Assembly (NCBI GenBank): GCA_963749495.1
Contig: CAVVMW010000004.1
Location: 480,001-544,000 of the forward strand
From: an uncultured bacterium
Lineage (GTDB): Bacteria > Verrucomicrobiota > Verrucomicrobiia > Limisphaerales > UBA8199
Direction: 5' to 3'
Length of the DNA: 64,000 bases
The translations under genes and the position numbers were made by a program. Positions 1 through 10,664 of the stretch are shown here, in pieces. Position 1 is the stretch's first letter. The number at the start of each line of letters is the position of its first letter. Below the pieces are notes generated by a model. That model saw only the letters and a list, made by a program, of their open reading frames with translations. It was not told the DNA's origin and ran no database searches.

Positions 1-1045
1 TGGTGCCGGCGGGAAATTGCGCGCTGCCCGGCAACCGGCCGTTGCTGTCGGAGAAAAAGTAAGTCGTGCGATCCGTCGCGTCGTCCGGCCCGCCGGGACC
101 GGCCAGCGGCGCGTAATCTTGGGTCGCCATGACGGGATAGGAATTCACCAACGTGAAGTTCGGGTTCGATTGAAGCTGGCTGATCGTTGGCGGCGTGACG
201 TTGAAACCTCCCGCCTGCGCCGCCGCGCTGGGAATGCGCCGGACGTTGAAGCCAAATTGCAGCAGCGACAGCCGCCGCAACGCGTCCGGCGTTCCCCAGC
301 GCAACCGGATGCGCAGATGATCGCTCGGCGCGTTCGTCACGACTTGAAACGGAAATCCGGGCGCGGGCAAAACCGCCGGCGCGCCGGGCGTGATCGTGAC
401 GCGGCCGACAACATCGCCCACGACGCCGGTGGTCGGATTGAATTCGCGGACTTCGTAGGTGGTCGTGGTGGAAATAACTTCGGCAAACGCCTGCCCGGCG
501 CAGCGGGTGAGCCCGGGGTGCAACCGTTCCAAAACCAGCAGCTCGCCCGCCACCGAGGAATCCGTCGCGGCGGTTTGAAAGGCCGTAAGAACTCGTTGGG
601 CGAGAGTTTGGCCGCTCGCACCGGGCACCTTGCGGGTCACCACGTTCAGCGCGTTGTTCAACGAGGGCAAATCATCGCCGAGCGCGACGGATTGGTTGAG
701 CAGGCTGTCAACCGCGGACACATCGGTCTGTTGAAAAATGGTTCCGCGCGCAGTGAACGTGCCGTTGTCCGCCGGAAAACCGGCCTTGCTGAAAACGGCG
801 AATTGTCTGCCCGCCAGCAGTTGGGGCGTGGGCGCGCCGAGCAGAACGTAGGACCAGTTTTGCAGGCTTGCGTCCTGGATGGTCGTGCCGACGGTGAAGA
901 CCAGGTTGGAAAGCGGCTGCGCGGAAGCGGAGACGCCGAGGATAATTCCAAGCGCCAGCACCCAAGCCAACAAGCCGATGGAATTCCTGAAGCTTGCGGC
1001 TCGGAATTTGTCTGGCTCGGCCATTTTGGAATTCGGAACTTTCAT
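1..1045 (-). CDS. Secreted protein, N-terminal part (runs off the left edge); beta-rich, possibly fibronectin-III-like
   Basis: Not in the ORF track. ATG at 1045 gives MKVPNSKMAEPDKF...GLLAWVLALGIILGVSASAQP (signal peptide), and the frame stays open to base 1, including LRIRLRWGTP...FGFNVRR. Starts 7 bp after the stop of the giant gene. Confidence 0.75.
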   Translation of the reverse strand, partial: MKVPNSKMAEPDKFRAASFRNSIGLLAWVLALGIILGVSASAQPLSNLVFTVGTTIQDASLQNWSYVLLGAPTPQLLAGRQFAVFSKAGFPADNGTFTARGTIFQQTDVSAVDSLLNQSVALGDDLPSLNNALNVVTRKVPGASGQTLAQRVLTAFQTAATDSSVAGELLVLERLHPGLTRCAGQAFAEVISTTTTYEVREFNPTTGVVGDVVGRVTITPGAPAVLPAPGFPFQVVTNAPSDHLRIRLRWGTPDALRRLSLLQFGFNVRRIPSAAAQAGGFNVTPPTISQLQSNPNFTLVNSYPVMATQDYAPLAGPGGPDDATDRTTYFFSDSNGRLPGSAQFPAGT

Positions 1046-1052
1046 TCGCGCT

Positions 1053-4000
1053 TCAGTAATCCACGAAATAATCCACGCCGTGCGTGCTGACCACGCCCTT
1101 GATGGTGACGCCTTTGCAGCCGCTGACGCAAAACGGACACGGGCCGATGCTGCCGCAGACGTTCGCGCTGCCGCCGACGGTCAGGCTGCCGGAAGTGTCG
1201 AGCGCGAGAAATTCCGCGAAGTCCAAATGCCCGCTCAAAACACAGATCAGCGAAATATCCACGCCCATTTTCTGGCGCCCGCCGATGGTGCCGAGGCTGG
1301 CGCCGCCTTGCCAATAATACGCCGTGGAAACCGTCGCGTCGGCGTTCAACACGCAGCCCAGCCCGCCCAAGCCCAGCAGGTCGGACAGCGACAGCCCGCC
1401 GCCGTATTGCACGTACACTCCCGTGAAATCCGCAGGATGGCTCAACAGGACTTGATCCGCTTCGGGGTCAACATACTTGAGAGGATCCAGCGAACAGGCG
1501 TGGCCGGCGAAAAGCCCCGCTTTCATGTTCACGGGAATGCCGAGGATCGGCACGGTGGCATCCAGCCGCGCGGCAAAATAATTTTCCATCTGGCCGATGG
1601 CGAGCGTCGCGCCGATGTCCTTCAACTCACAACCCTCGAAGCTGGCGCCGCCGCCGATGTCCAGCGAGCCGCCGATGCCCAGCACGGAGCCGCTTTGCAA
1701 GGTCCAGCGCGCTTCAACGTCCAGGGTCAGCGATTGCGCGCTCTGGCCCGACGTGACGCCGGCCCAGTTCAACGGGACTTTTTTCGCGCCCAGGGTGACT
1801 TCGGCGGACGGCCCACCGGGCGGGATGCAGCCGATGGGCACGGACTGAGAGTTCAACTCCTTGATGTCCATGTAGGCGTTAAAATCCATCTTGTCGGGAA
1901 TGTTCAACTGGATCGCCGCGTTGAGATGGATGTCGCGCAGCGAATCGCCATCGAAGGTGGGTGCGCCGCGAATTTTCGCGGCGGCCAGTGAACCGCCCAG
2001 CAAACCCGCGCCTTTCATCCCTTGGAAAATGCCGTCCTGCGCGCCCTGGATCTGTTGGGTGAGCGCATCGCGGATGGTGCCGTTGATCTGGTCGAACAGC
2101 GTGTCCATGAGCTGGTCGAGGAGGAAATTGTCGTCGCCGAGAAACGTCCGGAACGTCTGCTGATAATTCGCCGGCAGCGCCGAAGAAAGAAATGCCGTCG
2201 CGATCTGCTGGCGGATGGCCAGTTGGAGCGCGGCGGGGTTGTTGCTGAACAAATCGCCCGCCGGCGTCAGCACGCTGGCCAGATAATTGGTGAGATTTTG
2301 CGCGGCGGACTGGAGAAAGTTGGAAACGCCGGTGGCATCCTGCATCACCGAGCCGAGAGCCTCGTTGAAATCGCCGGACGTGGAATCCAGCGTGGCCTGG
2401 ACCTGGGCGAGTTGATTGCTGACCTGGTCGAGGTCGCTCTGAATTTCATCCAGCGTCGGAGCAATGTCCGTGAGCAGCGGGTTGATCGCCGCGTCGGCCG
2501 CGGGGCCAGCCAGCGCCCCGGCAAATCCCAGCTCCGGCCCCTGGTCGCTCACCAATTTCTGGATGATCGTGCTGATGACTTTGCGATCGCCCGAAGCGGG
2601 ATCCCGGGCGATGATGCGATCCAGCAGCCCGACGGTGTTCAGCACGTCAGTCAGCGTCTTGTCCAAAGTCAGCACGACACTGCCGGCCTGGTTGGAGACG
2701 TTGTTGAGCGCGCCGATGCCGGCGGCCAGCGGGCCGTTCACCAGCGTGAGGTCGGCATAGACCTGTTGGAGAAAAGCGGGAACGTTCGTTTGCGGAATCG
2801 CGGCCAGCGTGGGGTAAAGGTCCGCCACGATGGGATCAATTGTGGAGGCGAGCAGGGGATTGAAGAAACTCTGCGCATCTTCCCGCAGCGCCTGGGAAAG
2901 TTCGTTGATGCCGGTGGCGTCGAAGGTCTGGTTGAGCGCGCTGCGGACGGCGTTGGAGACGCTGAGGAGCGGGCCGATGTTGCCGTTGAGCGCGTCGTTG
3001 ACGGCGTCCAGCACTTTGATGCGCGGCAGTTGCACATTCAAATCCTGCGCGAAATCAGAATCCACCTTGCCCGGCGCGAGTTCCTTCAGCCGGCTGTTCA
3101 CGTCAATGACCGGCAACTCGACTTTCGCGTCCTGAAATCCGGCGAAACTGTGCAGCACGTTATTGAATTGCAGCGGGTAATCAAACTTCGCGACATCGAG
3201 CCAGTCGCGTTGGGCGCGGGGCCGGTATTGGGTCGAACTGGAATTGCGGTAGTCCTTGATGGGGCCGCCCGGCCAGCCATCGGAGTGCGGATCGAACTTC
3301 ACCAGGTTGAAATAATTGCTGCCGCTAACGCTCCAGCCAAGATCGGCGGCCGCCGAATCCGGCGCGGGCCAGCCGCCCATGATGTCCACCTGCGAAGTCG
3401 CCTGGCCGGTCGGCGTGACGTGCAAATGCACCTTGAGGTCGGTGAAGAACGGCACGCGGAGTTTTCCCGCAAGATTGCAGAAGCCGGTGCCGAGCGCCGC
3501 CGCGCCGGGCGTTTCCCAGTTGTTGAAATAGCCCTGGTTCGCCGTGGACAGCGCGAACATCGTGGTGCCGGGCCCTGGAGCGAAAGTTGCGCCGGCACGT
3601 CGAAACGCGAATCCACATTGGAGACGTTGTCCTGCGGGCAGACGAGGTTTCCGTTCGGTTTGAAGCCGAGCGCGGCGTGCAACGCCTGCGGGATGAACGG
3701 AAGTTTCGTTTCCACTCCGAGCACGAGGAAGCGCGGCGAGGTGCCGCAGGTGTCGTCGTTGGTGCCATGGAAGTCGAGGCTTTGCGGCGTGAAATCCACG
3801 TCCCAATACGCGAGGTGTTTTGCGCCGCCGCCCGAGGGAATGTTCGCCGAACTCAGGTCGCCGCGACAGGTGAGTTTCATGCGATCAAATTCCTGCGTGA
3901 ATCCGGCGGGCTGGGCCGGGAACGCAATCGCGCCGGTGGTGACCGATTCCCAATTCTGCCCGTCGAGAAAGGACAGCCCATAATCGCTGAAAGTGAAGTG

Positions 4001-7000
4001 GTAGCCGTAAAGCGAAAGCGTGTTGGGGAAAGACGCCGCCTGATGAATGCCATTCACGCCGCCGAAGCGAACGTAGTATTTCGAGATCGGATCCAACGGA
4101 TACGGGCCGACATTCGTCTGGCCGACGTAACTGAAACCCTGCGTGGGCGAACGGAAATTCAAACCGGGATAATTCGCGAAGCCGTCATTGTAACTCACCA
4201 GCCCGGGCCGCTCGAAGTACGACGGATCGGACGCGTCGCCGAAACCGGAAAACAAAATCACCGTTGCGCGTTGCGAATCGTCGAGCGCGGTTTGATCGGC
4301 GCGCAAAAATGTTCCGGCGGTGCAGAACGCGCCGCTGCTCACCTGGCCGGCCTGTTGCGCGAAATTTCCGCTGGGCGTGTAGCCCCACATCAGATTCACC
4401 GGCGGCACCGAACCATAAGCCAGCAGGCCGCCGTCGGGAGTGAAGCTGAGTTGTCCGCCGGCCGCGGCAAAAGGCAGCGTCGCCGGCCCGGCCTGCGCGG
4501 CGGCGCAGTCAACGTAAGTGCAATCGCGCCCGTACGCCACCGGCACCGGGCCGGTCACGCTGAGATAACTGCCCGGGCCGGCGAGACTGTTGGAGATGAT
4601 GAGCAGACCGGTGCCGGCGGGGATTTGCGCTCCGTTGGCGCGGCCGGCGTAGGGATAATGCGGGCGCAATTCCGGCGGATTCAGCGCGAGTTGCACGTTG
4701 ACCTGGGCGACTCCGTTGGAATCCGCCGTGACAATCAATTGGCCGCCGGCGGGGGACGCGTTGCGGAAATAGCCGTCGTTGGAAACGCGGTTGGTGAAAG
4801 TGGCATCCACCAAGTTGGTCTGGCTTTGCAGCAAATCGTCTTCCGGCTGGCGGACGAAACCGCTCGTGCCGTTTGGATTCAGAATGATTTGTCCGCTGCC
4901 GACCTGCCAGGTGAGATCGGGCGCGCCGAACCAGTAGGGCAAAGTTTCCTCGACGCCGAACAGCGGCCCGTTCACCACAAACGCCGTGTTTGCCGGATTC
5001 AGATTCGCATCGAGCACGACATAACCGAGCGGCGCGAAGCTGATGGTTTCGTGATTCGTCGGGCTGACGCCGAGGCTGAAGCCGAGCGGCATCAGCACGT
5101 TTGCGTAAGCGATGGCGCCCGTCGGTGTGAGCGACTCGCTCGAACGGCTGAACGAAATGTTCTGGATGGTGCCGGTGTCGGACGGCGGCGCGGTCATCGC
5201 CACCGTGCTCGCTGCAACGGCGTCGCCGCTGCTCAGGAGCACGGCGTTGATCGGTGTGCCGTCGCCGTAAGTGTGGCTCGGACTGGCGACGGCGTAGCCG
5301 GAGTTGTTGTTGACCGCGAGCACGGTGCTGACGCCGCCGCCCGCCGGCGCGCCGCGCGGTGGCGAATTGGAAAGGGAAGCAAACGCCGTGGTGAGCGGGC
5401 CAAACAGCAGGTTGCCGTCGAAGTGCAGCAACGGTCTCTGCGGCAGCGTGACCGTTTCCTGCGTCAACAGCGGCCCGCTGTTCACGCTGTAACTTTCTGT
5501 AACGCCCAGTTGAAACGCGTCGTTCGCCGAATCGAGCTGCATGCCCGGCTTGCGGCTCGACATCGAGCAGCGGCGATTGAATGACTCCGCCTGCGGAAGC
5601 TTGCGGCGCGGCGGCGAGAAAGGGCGACAGCCCAAGGTTGAACTGCGCGGTGTTGTTGACCAGCGGGACCGGCCCCGCCAACGCGCCTTGCAGCGAACTT
5701 TGCAGGCCCACGCTTGCGCTGGTCACGCCGCCAGCCGCGCCGAAGTCGTCGAGCCGTCGCACCCAAAACGGCGCGGTGGCCGCGAAACCGCGTTGCGCCG
5801 GAATGGTTTTCACCGCGAACTGCCGCGACCACTGCACCGCGCCGAGCGTGGTGTGAATGGCCGACGTGCCGTCGCCCAGAAACGCGGTCGAGCCGGTCCA
5901 AACCGGATTATTCGTCAGCATTCCGGTGTGACCCAATCCGGTGGCGTCGGCGGTGTTGGTGCCGGAGCCTTCATCCAGCCGCCAATACGCGACAAGGCCG
6001 GTTTCATTGCCGGCGAGTGGAAGGTTCTTGAGCGAGGAAACTTCGTTGGTCGCCAGCGCGCGGTTCCACAAAGTGACTTCATCTATGGCCCCGAGGAAAC
6101 GATTGGCGTAGCTGGAGTAACGGCCAATCTGGAGCGGTTCGGTGGAAGTTGTGCCGCCAATGGCGCCCGACCACGAGCTTTGCCCGACCACGGCTCCATC
6201 CAGAAAAAGTTTTCCGCCGCTCGCATCCACCGTGAGCGCAGCGTGGTGCCACGAGCCATCGGCCACCGCAGCCGTCGAAGTGGCGTCAACGGCATAATTC
6301 CCGTAGCTGTTGTTGCGATAATAAAAACCCCGCAGATGATTGTTTTGCACCACGAGCGTCCAGCCGTTTCCGCTGGCGTCGGCATATTTGCTGACGATTC
6401 CTTGAACGACATCGGCGGCGTTGGTCGTGCGGAACCACGCCGTGGCGCTGAACGGGTAGGAATTCAAATCGTCGGTGTGCGCCACCTGAACGTAGCCGCT
6501 GACGCCGTCAAATCTGAGGGCGTTGCCGGCGACTTGGTTGAAAACCAGCGGCGCGCTGGAGGCGACCCAGACGGGATTGCCGACCCAATTGCCCGTGTAA
6601 CCGTGGCCCGTGGCATCGCCGGCGGCCGGGCCGCCGTTTTCATCGAAGTGCCAGAGCGCGAGCAGGCCGTCCTCGTTCCCGTTGAGCTGGCGGTGCTTGA
6701 GATAATTGATTTCGGCGCTGCCCAGCGCGCGATTCCACAGGGTGACTTCATCAATCGTGCCGAGGAAGGGGGGCGTATTGGTGTAATACCGGCCGATCTG
6801 CAGCGGCTGCGTTCCGGTGGGCGACCCCGGCGATCCGGCCCAGTTTCCCGAACCGACCTGCACGCCGTCCAGATAAAGCTCTCCGCCGTTGGCATCCACC
6901 GCCATCGCCGCGTGGTGCCAGAAGCCATCCGCGACCGAAGCCGGCGTGGTCGCGTAAATCGCCTGGTCTCCGAGCGCGGCGGAATAGTAACCGGCCAAAT

Positions 7001-7274
7001 GTCCGTTCTGCACGACCAGGAACCAGCCGTTGCCGCTGCCGTCCACGTACTTGCTGACGATGCCGGACACCGCATTGGCCGTGTTGGTCGTCCGAAACCA
7101 GGCCGTGACGGTGAGGGGAAACGCGTTGAGATTGGTGTTGTGGGCCACCTGCACGCAAAAGCTGACGCCATCAAACTGCAAGGCGGAGCCTGGCCCCGCC
7201 TGGGTGCTGGCGACCGAGAATGCGCAGCCAAGCAAGGCCATGCACAACCCGCACGCTCTCAAAATGGATTGCAT
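1053..7274 (-). CDS. Giant secreted protein (~2070 aa): two LamG/pentraxin-like domains, long beta-rich region, helical segment, Cys-rich C-terminus; two frameshifts
   Basis: ORFs 4509-7280, 3299-5635 and 1053-3806 join via an extra G near 5546 and a missing C near 3573. Signal peptide MQSILRACGLCMALLGCAFSVASTQA. Two repeats of ALxFDGVS...ADGxWHHAA...LQIGRY...FLGxIDEVTLWNRAL...WxxDE. Confidence 0.8.
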
Positions 7275-7358
7275 TAACACAGCGAATGCAAACTATACGC
7301 TTACGAGATAGGCGGCGCAATGTTTTTTCGCGACTCTCTGAAATGCCGAGCGCACGAG

Positions 7359-7624
7359 AGAATTCTTCCGCTGCACGATGGCACCGGCGGTGCGTGCTCC
7401 GGACGCCAAAGGCGTCGCTCATACCAGCCCAGGGCAACGCCCTGGGAACAGCCGCCAATAATCACCTGGAGCGCTGAAAGCGCGATTCATCCTCCGGGAG
7501 CTTTTTGAGGCAGGCCGTTGGCCTGCAACAGAATGCAATGTGCGGTGGACCCAGGGCGGCGGCCCGCCTGCGCTGCGCTCCGGCGGGCCTTGCCCTGGGC
7601 TGGTATGAACCAGGCCTTCGGCCT
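7359..7624. repeat. Palindromic REP/REPIN-like cassette
   Basis: TCATACCAGCCCAGGGCAA on the left pairs with TTGCCCTGGGCTGGTATGA on the right. Internal hairpins GACGCCAAAGGCGTC, GCGCTGAAAGCGC, AGGCCTTCGGCCT. 7359-7435 is similar to 18413-18489. Confidence 0.75.
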
Positions 7625-7726
7625 GAACGCCAGCTTGGCGGAAGACCTTCACGGGCACCCGGACTTCGCCCTCGGGCCGGAGGTTGAGCGGGTCCGTTTG
7701 CAGACTCGGCGACCGCATCCGAGGTC

Positions 7727-9112
7727 TCAAATCTCCGTCCACTTGCCCGGCACCGGCACGGGATAGCGTCCTTGCGCGTCGGCCTGGATCGGCGGCGGAC
7801 TGTCGTCGGTCATTTGGTCAATGTTCGGGCAGAACTGGAAGTTCGACGCCATCGCCTCGTCCCAGGTGATGACCTTGCCCGAATGAACCGCCGCCCGGCC
7901 GATGATGTCGGCCAGGTTTGAGAGCGCGGCGCGCTTGGCTTCGTTGTGCGGCTTGTCCTGGCGGATCGCGTCCAGCAGGTTGTCCCACTCGGCCTGCCAG
8001 GGCGTGATCGGCTCCTTGGGCGCGCGCCAGGCGATGTTGCCGCGCTCGCAACGCTGGTCCTTGAAGATCTGCACCACGCCCTCGTGAACGTTGCCGGAGA
8101 ACTGCGCGGCGCATTTCGTGCCGTGCAGGTAAGTGGCGAAATCGGTGTGGCAGTTCGGCAGCCAGCGCACCACGTCGAACGCTTTCGTGCCGTCGGGGAA
8201 TGTCCATTCGATGGTGAACGAGTCGAGGCCCTGGCCGCAGTCGGTGTTGTCCGCCGCGCGCCCGCCGATGCCGTGCGCGGAAACCGGATAGGCGCCCTTG
8301 AGCCAGCAAATCTCGTCGATCTGGTGGATGTTCATCTCCGCGAAGAGCCCGCCGCTCACCCAGAGGAAATCCGTGAAGTGCTGGATCTGCCAGTGCAAAT
8401 CCTTCTCGGCCGGCGGACGCTTCGGCAGCCAGCCGCACGCCTGCATCCGGTAGGCCCGGATGAGCTGGATGTCCCCCAGCTCGCCGTTGCGGATGCGCTG
8501 GATGAGTTCCTGCCGGTTGCGCGAATGGCGGCATTGGAGGCCGGCGGCGATCTTGAGGTTCTTGTTCTCCGCCGCTTCGCCGGCCTTGATCACGCGCCGC
8601 ACCGCCGGGGGATCGGTCGCAAACGACTTCTCCATGAAAACATTCACGCCTTTCTCGACAGCGTATTCCAGTTGTGCCGGACGAAACCCCGCGTAGCCGC
8701 ACAGCATCGCCACGTCGCCGGGGCGCAGACAATCAATGGCCTTGCGCCACGCGTCGAAGCCCGTGAAGCGCCGCTCGGGCGGCACGTCCATCTGGCTGGC
8801 GTATTTCTCGGTGAGAACCTTGTGGGCGTCGGCCAGCCGGTTCTCGAAGAGGTCGGCCATCGCGATCATCTTGACCGGGCCGTTGGGCGAATCGAAGGCG
8901 TTGGCCGCCGCCCCGCTGCCGCGCCCGCCGCAGCCGATCAGCGCCAGGCGGATGATGTTGTTCTCCGCCGCGTGGACCAACGGGAGGGCCGCGCCCGCCA
9001 GCGCGGAGGCCGCGGCCAGCTTGCCGCTGCGCGACATGAACTGGCGGCGGGAAATCGGGGAAGTTGGCTCAGGGGAGGGGTTCGCCGCTTGTGTCTCAGA
9101 TTCAATTTTCAT
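7727..9112 (-). CDS. Gfo/Idh/MocA family oxidoreductase with Tat signal
   Basis: Start MKIESETQ; SRRQFM Tat motif; LIGCGGRG Rossmann motif; VFMEKS; EMNIHQID. Confidence 0.9.
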   Translation of the reverse strand: MKIESETQAANPSPEPTSPISRRQFMSRSGKLAAASALAGAALPLVHAAENNIIRLALIGCGGRGSGAAANAFDSPNGPVKMIAMADLFENRLADAHKVLTEKYASQMDVPPERRFTGFDAWRKAIDCLRPGDVAMLCGYAGFRPAQLEYAVEKGVNVFMEKSFATDPPAVRRVIKAGEAAENKNLKIAAGLQCRHSRNRQELIQRIRNGELGDIQLIRAYRMQACGWLPKRPPAEKDLHWQIQHFTDFLWVSGGLFAEMNIHQIDEICWLKGAYPVSAHGIGGRAADNTDCGQGLDSFTIEWTFPDGTKAFDVVRWLPNCHTDFATYLHGTKCAAQFSGNVHEGVVQIFKDQRCERGNIAWRAPKEPITPWQAEWDNLLDAIRQDKPHNEAKRAALSNLADIIGRAAVHSGKVITWDEAMASNFQFCPNIDQMTDDSPPPIQADAQGRYPVPVPGKWTEI

Positions 9113-9200
9113 TGCAGTGACCTTTTGGTGATGTGAATTGCCGCGGGTTTTGAACTGATGGCAGGAATTCGCTTTTCTTGACGCTCCGTGGTTCAGACAT

Positions 9201-10184
9201 TCATGGTTTCCTTTGGGCCTTCTCCAGCACGCCCGGGACGGACACCGGGCGGCCACCCTGGCGCAGGCTCTCGTCGGCGGCTTCCATGAAGGCGTAGATT
9301 TCCAACGTGTGCTCGACGGACATCGGCGGCTGGCCGGTCTTGAAGAACTTCGCGATCTCCACCAGCAGCGGTTCGTACCCCTCGAACTTGCCGGCGGGGG
9401 CGATGCTTTTCTCGCCAAAGACCGTCGCACCGAAGTCGGTTTGTCCCCGCAGAATGCCGCGGAAGGTTCCCACCCGGCCATCGTTCCATGTGCCCGTCAC
9501 GAGGTCGGCGGTGTCGCCTTTGGCGCGGCTGACCGTCTGGCAACCGGGGCCCATGATGGTGAAAAGAATCTCGCAGCCATGGATGCCATAGTAGAACAGG
9601 CTGGGGTGCTCGGGCAGGATGGACTGGTTGTTGCTGTAGGCATCGCAGCCAAGCACACGGCCAAGCTTGGGATCGTTTGCCAGGGCGGCGATGCCGGGGC
9701 TGTAGCGGAGCGAGGAGTTCGAGAAGCACGGTGTGCCGCTCGCTCTGGCCTCGCGGAAAATCTCGATGGCCTCCGCCAGCGACGCCGCAACCGGTTTGTC
9801 AATGAACACCGGTTTCCTGGCCGCGAAGGCGGGCCGGGCCTGCCGCAGGTGCGGCCGGCCGTCAATGCTCAGCACCATCACTGCGTCCACCTTCGGTAGC
9901 ATCGCCTCGATTGTGCCGCAAATCTCCACGCCCAGCTCGCGCATCCGGGCTGTGTTCTTTTCGATGTTGTCCTGGCTGAACGGGATGTCGGCGCTCGGGG
10001 CGGGGACGGCGGCCACAATCCGCAGGTCGGAGATCGGCGGGGGCGCTTTGGGGCCGTGGATGATCTGCGTCCAGGGCACCGCGTGCGCGTCCAAACCGAT
10101 GATGCCTACCTTGATCGGTGCAGCGAAAGTGGAAAGCGCCGCAACGATATGGAACATCAAGAAACTTATGATCCGCTGGTTCAT
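9201..10184 (-). CDS. Gfo/Idh/MocA family oxidoreductase, signal peptide
   Basis: IKVGIIGLD, DGRPH, PVFIDKP, YYGIHG motifs; hydrophobic N-terminus. Confidence 0.85.
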   Translation of the reverse strand: MNQRIISFLMFHIVAALSTFAAPIKVGIIGLDAHAVPWTQIIHGPKAPPPISDLRIVAAVPAPSADIPFSQDNIEKNTARMRELGVEICGTIEAMLPKVDAVMVLSIDGRPHLRQARPAFAARKPVFIDKPVAASLAEAIEIFREARASGTPCFSNSSLRYSPGIAALANDPKLGRVLGCDAYSNNQSILPEHPSLFYYGIHGCEILFTIMGPGCQTVSRAKGDTADLVTGTWNDGRVGTFRGILRGQTDFGATVFGEKSIAPAGKFEGYEPLLVEIAKFFKTGQPPMSVEHTLEIYAFMEAADESLRQGGRPVSVPGVLEKAQRKP

Positions 10185-10281
10185 GGGCAGTTTTCTGCGG
10201 GGCATGGTATTTGTTCTCGATTCGCGGGTCCAGTCTGTTTTCGCAGGCACTCGAACGGGGGGCGCGAGACGAAATTCTTCG

Positions 10282-10337
10282 CTGCCGCCTAAAGGCGGCG
10301 TTCCGCAGCCAACCGGAACGCCGCCTTTAGGCGGCAG
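10282..10337. repeat. Palindromic REP-like doublet
   Basis: CTGCCGCCTAAAGGCGGCGTTCC ... GGAACGCCGCCTTTAGGCGGCAG, perfect inverted pair. Confidence 0.8.
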
Positions 10338-10376
10338 GATGGGCGCCCGAAGAAATCGGTCGTGCGCCGTAATCGG

Positions 10377-10584
10377 TCAGTGAAGGCGGAAAGGGAGTCC
10401 CCGGCGAACCCCTCACCCCGGCCCTCTCCCCTTCCGAAGGGGAGAGGGAGAAGCGGCGGCAGTCGCTGGGAATTCCACGCGTCTCGGCTTCCTCAAGCCG
10501 CGACGGAGAATTCTCCCTCTCCCCATCCGATGGGGAGAGGGCCGGGGTGAGGGGTCTGCCCGCTGTCAATCCCGCCTTCACTGA
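10377..10584. repeat. Inverted pair of CCCTCACCCCGGCCCTCTCCCC-type repeats
   Basis: 10409-10448 and 10515-10554 are inverted copies, flanked by TCAGTGAAGGCGG / CCGCCTTCACTGA. Other copies at 15989-16020 and 56545-56583. Confidence 0.85.
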
Positions 10585-10664
10585 GGCCCTACCGTGCGCA
10601 CTCGAACGGGTCCGGCATTCGGCCCGCGACAATCATCGGAACGTCTAAATGCGTTTGATAAGCA

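Noticed and set aside
5900..7190. Internal DNA duplication as a mobile repeat
   Set aside because: It is the two tandem LamG domains of one protein.
17..7277. Long plus-strand ORFs (357, 370, 653, 665, 578 aa)
   Set aside because: Antisense shadows of the minus-strand genes in GC-rich DNA; Arg-rich and motif-free.
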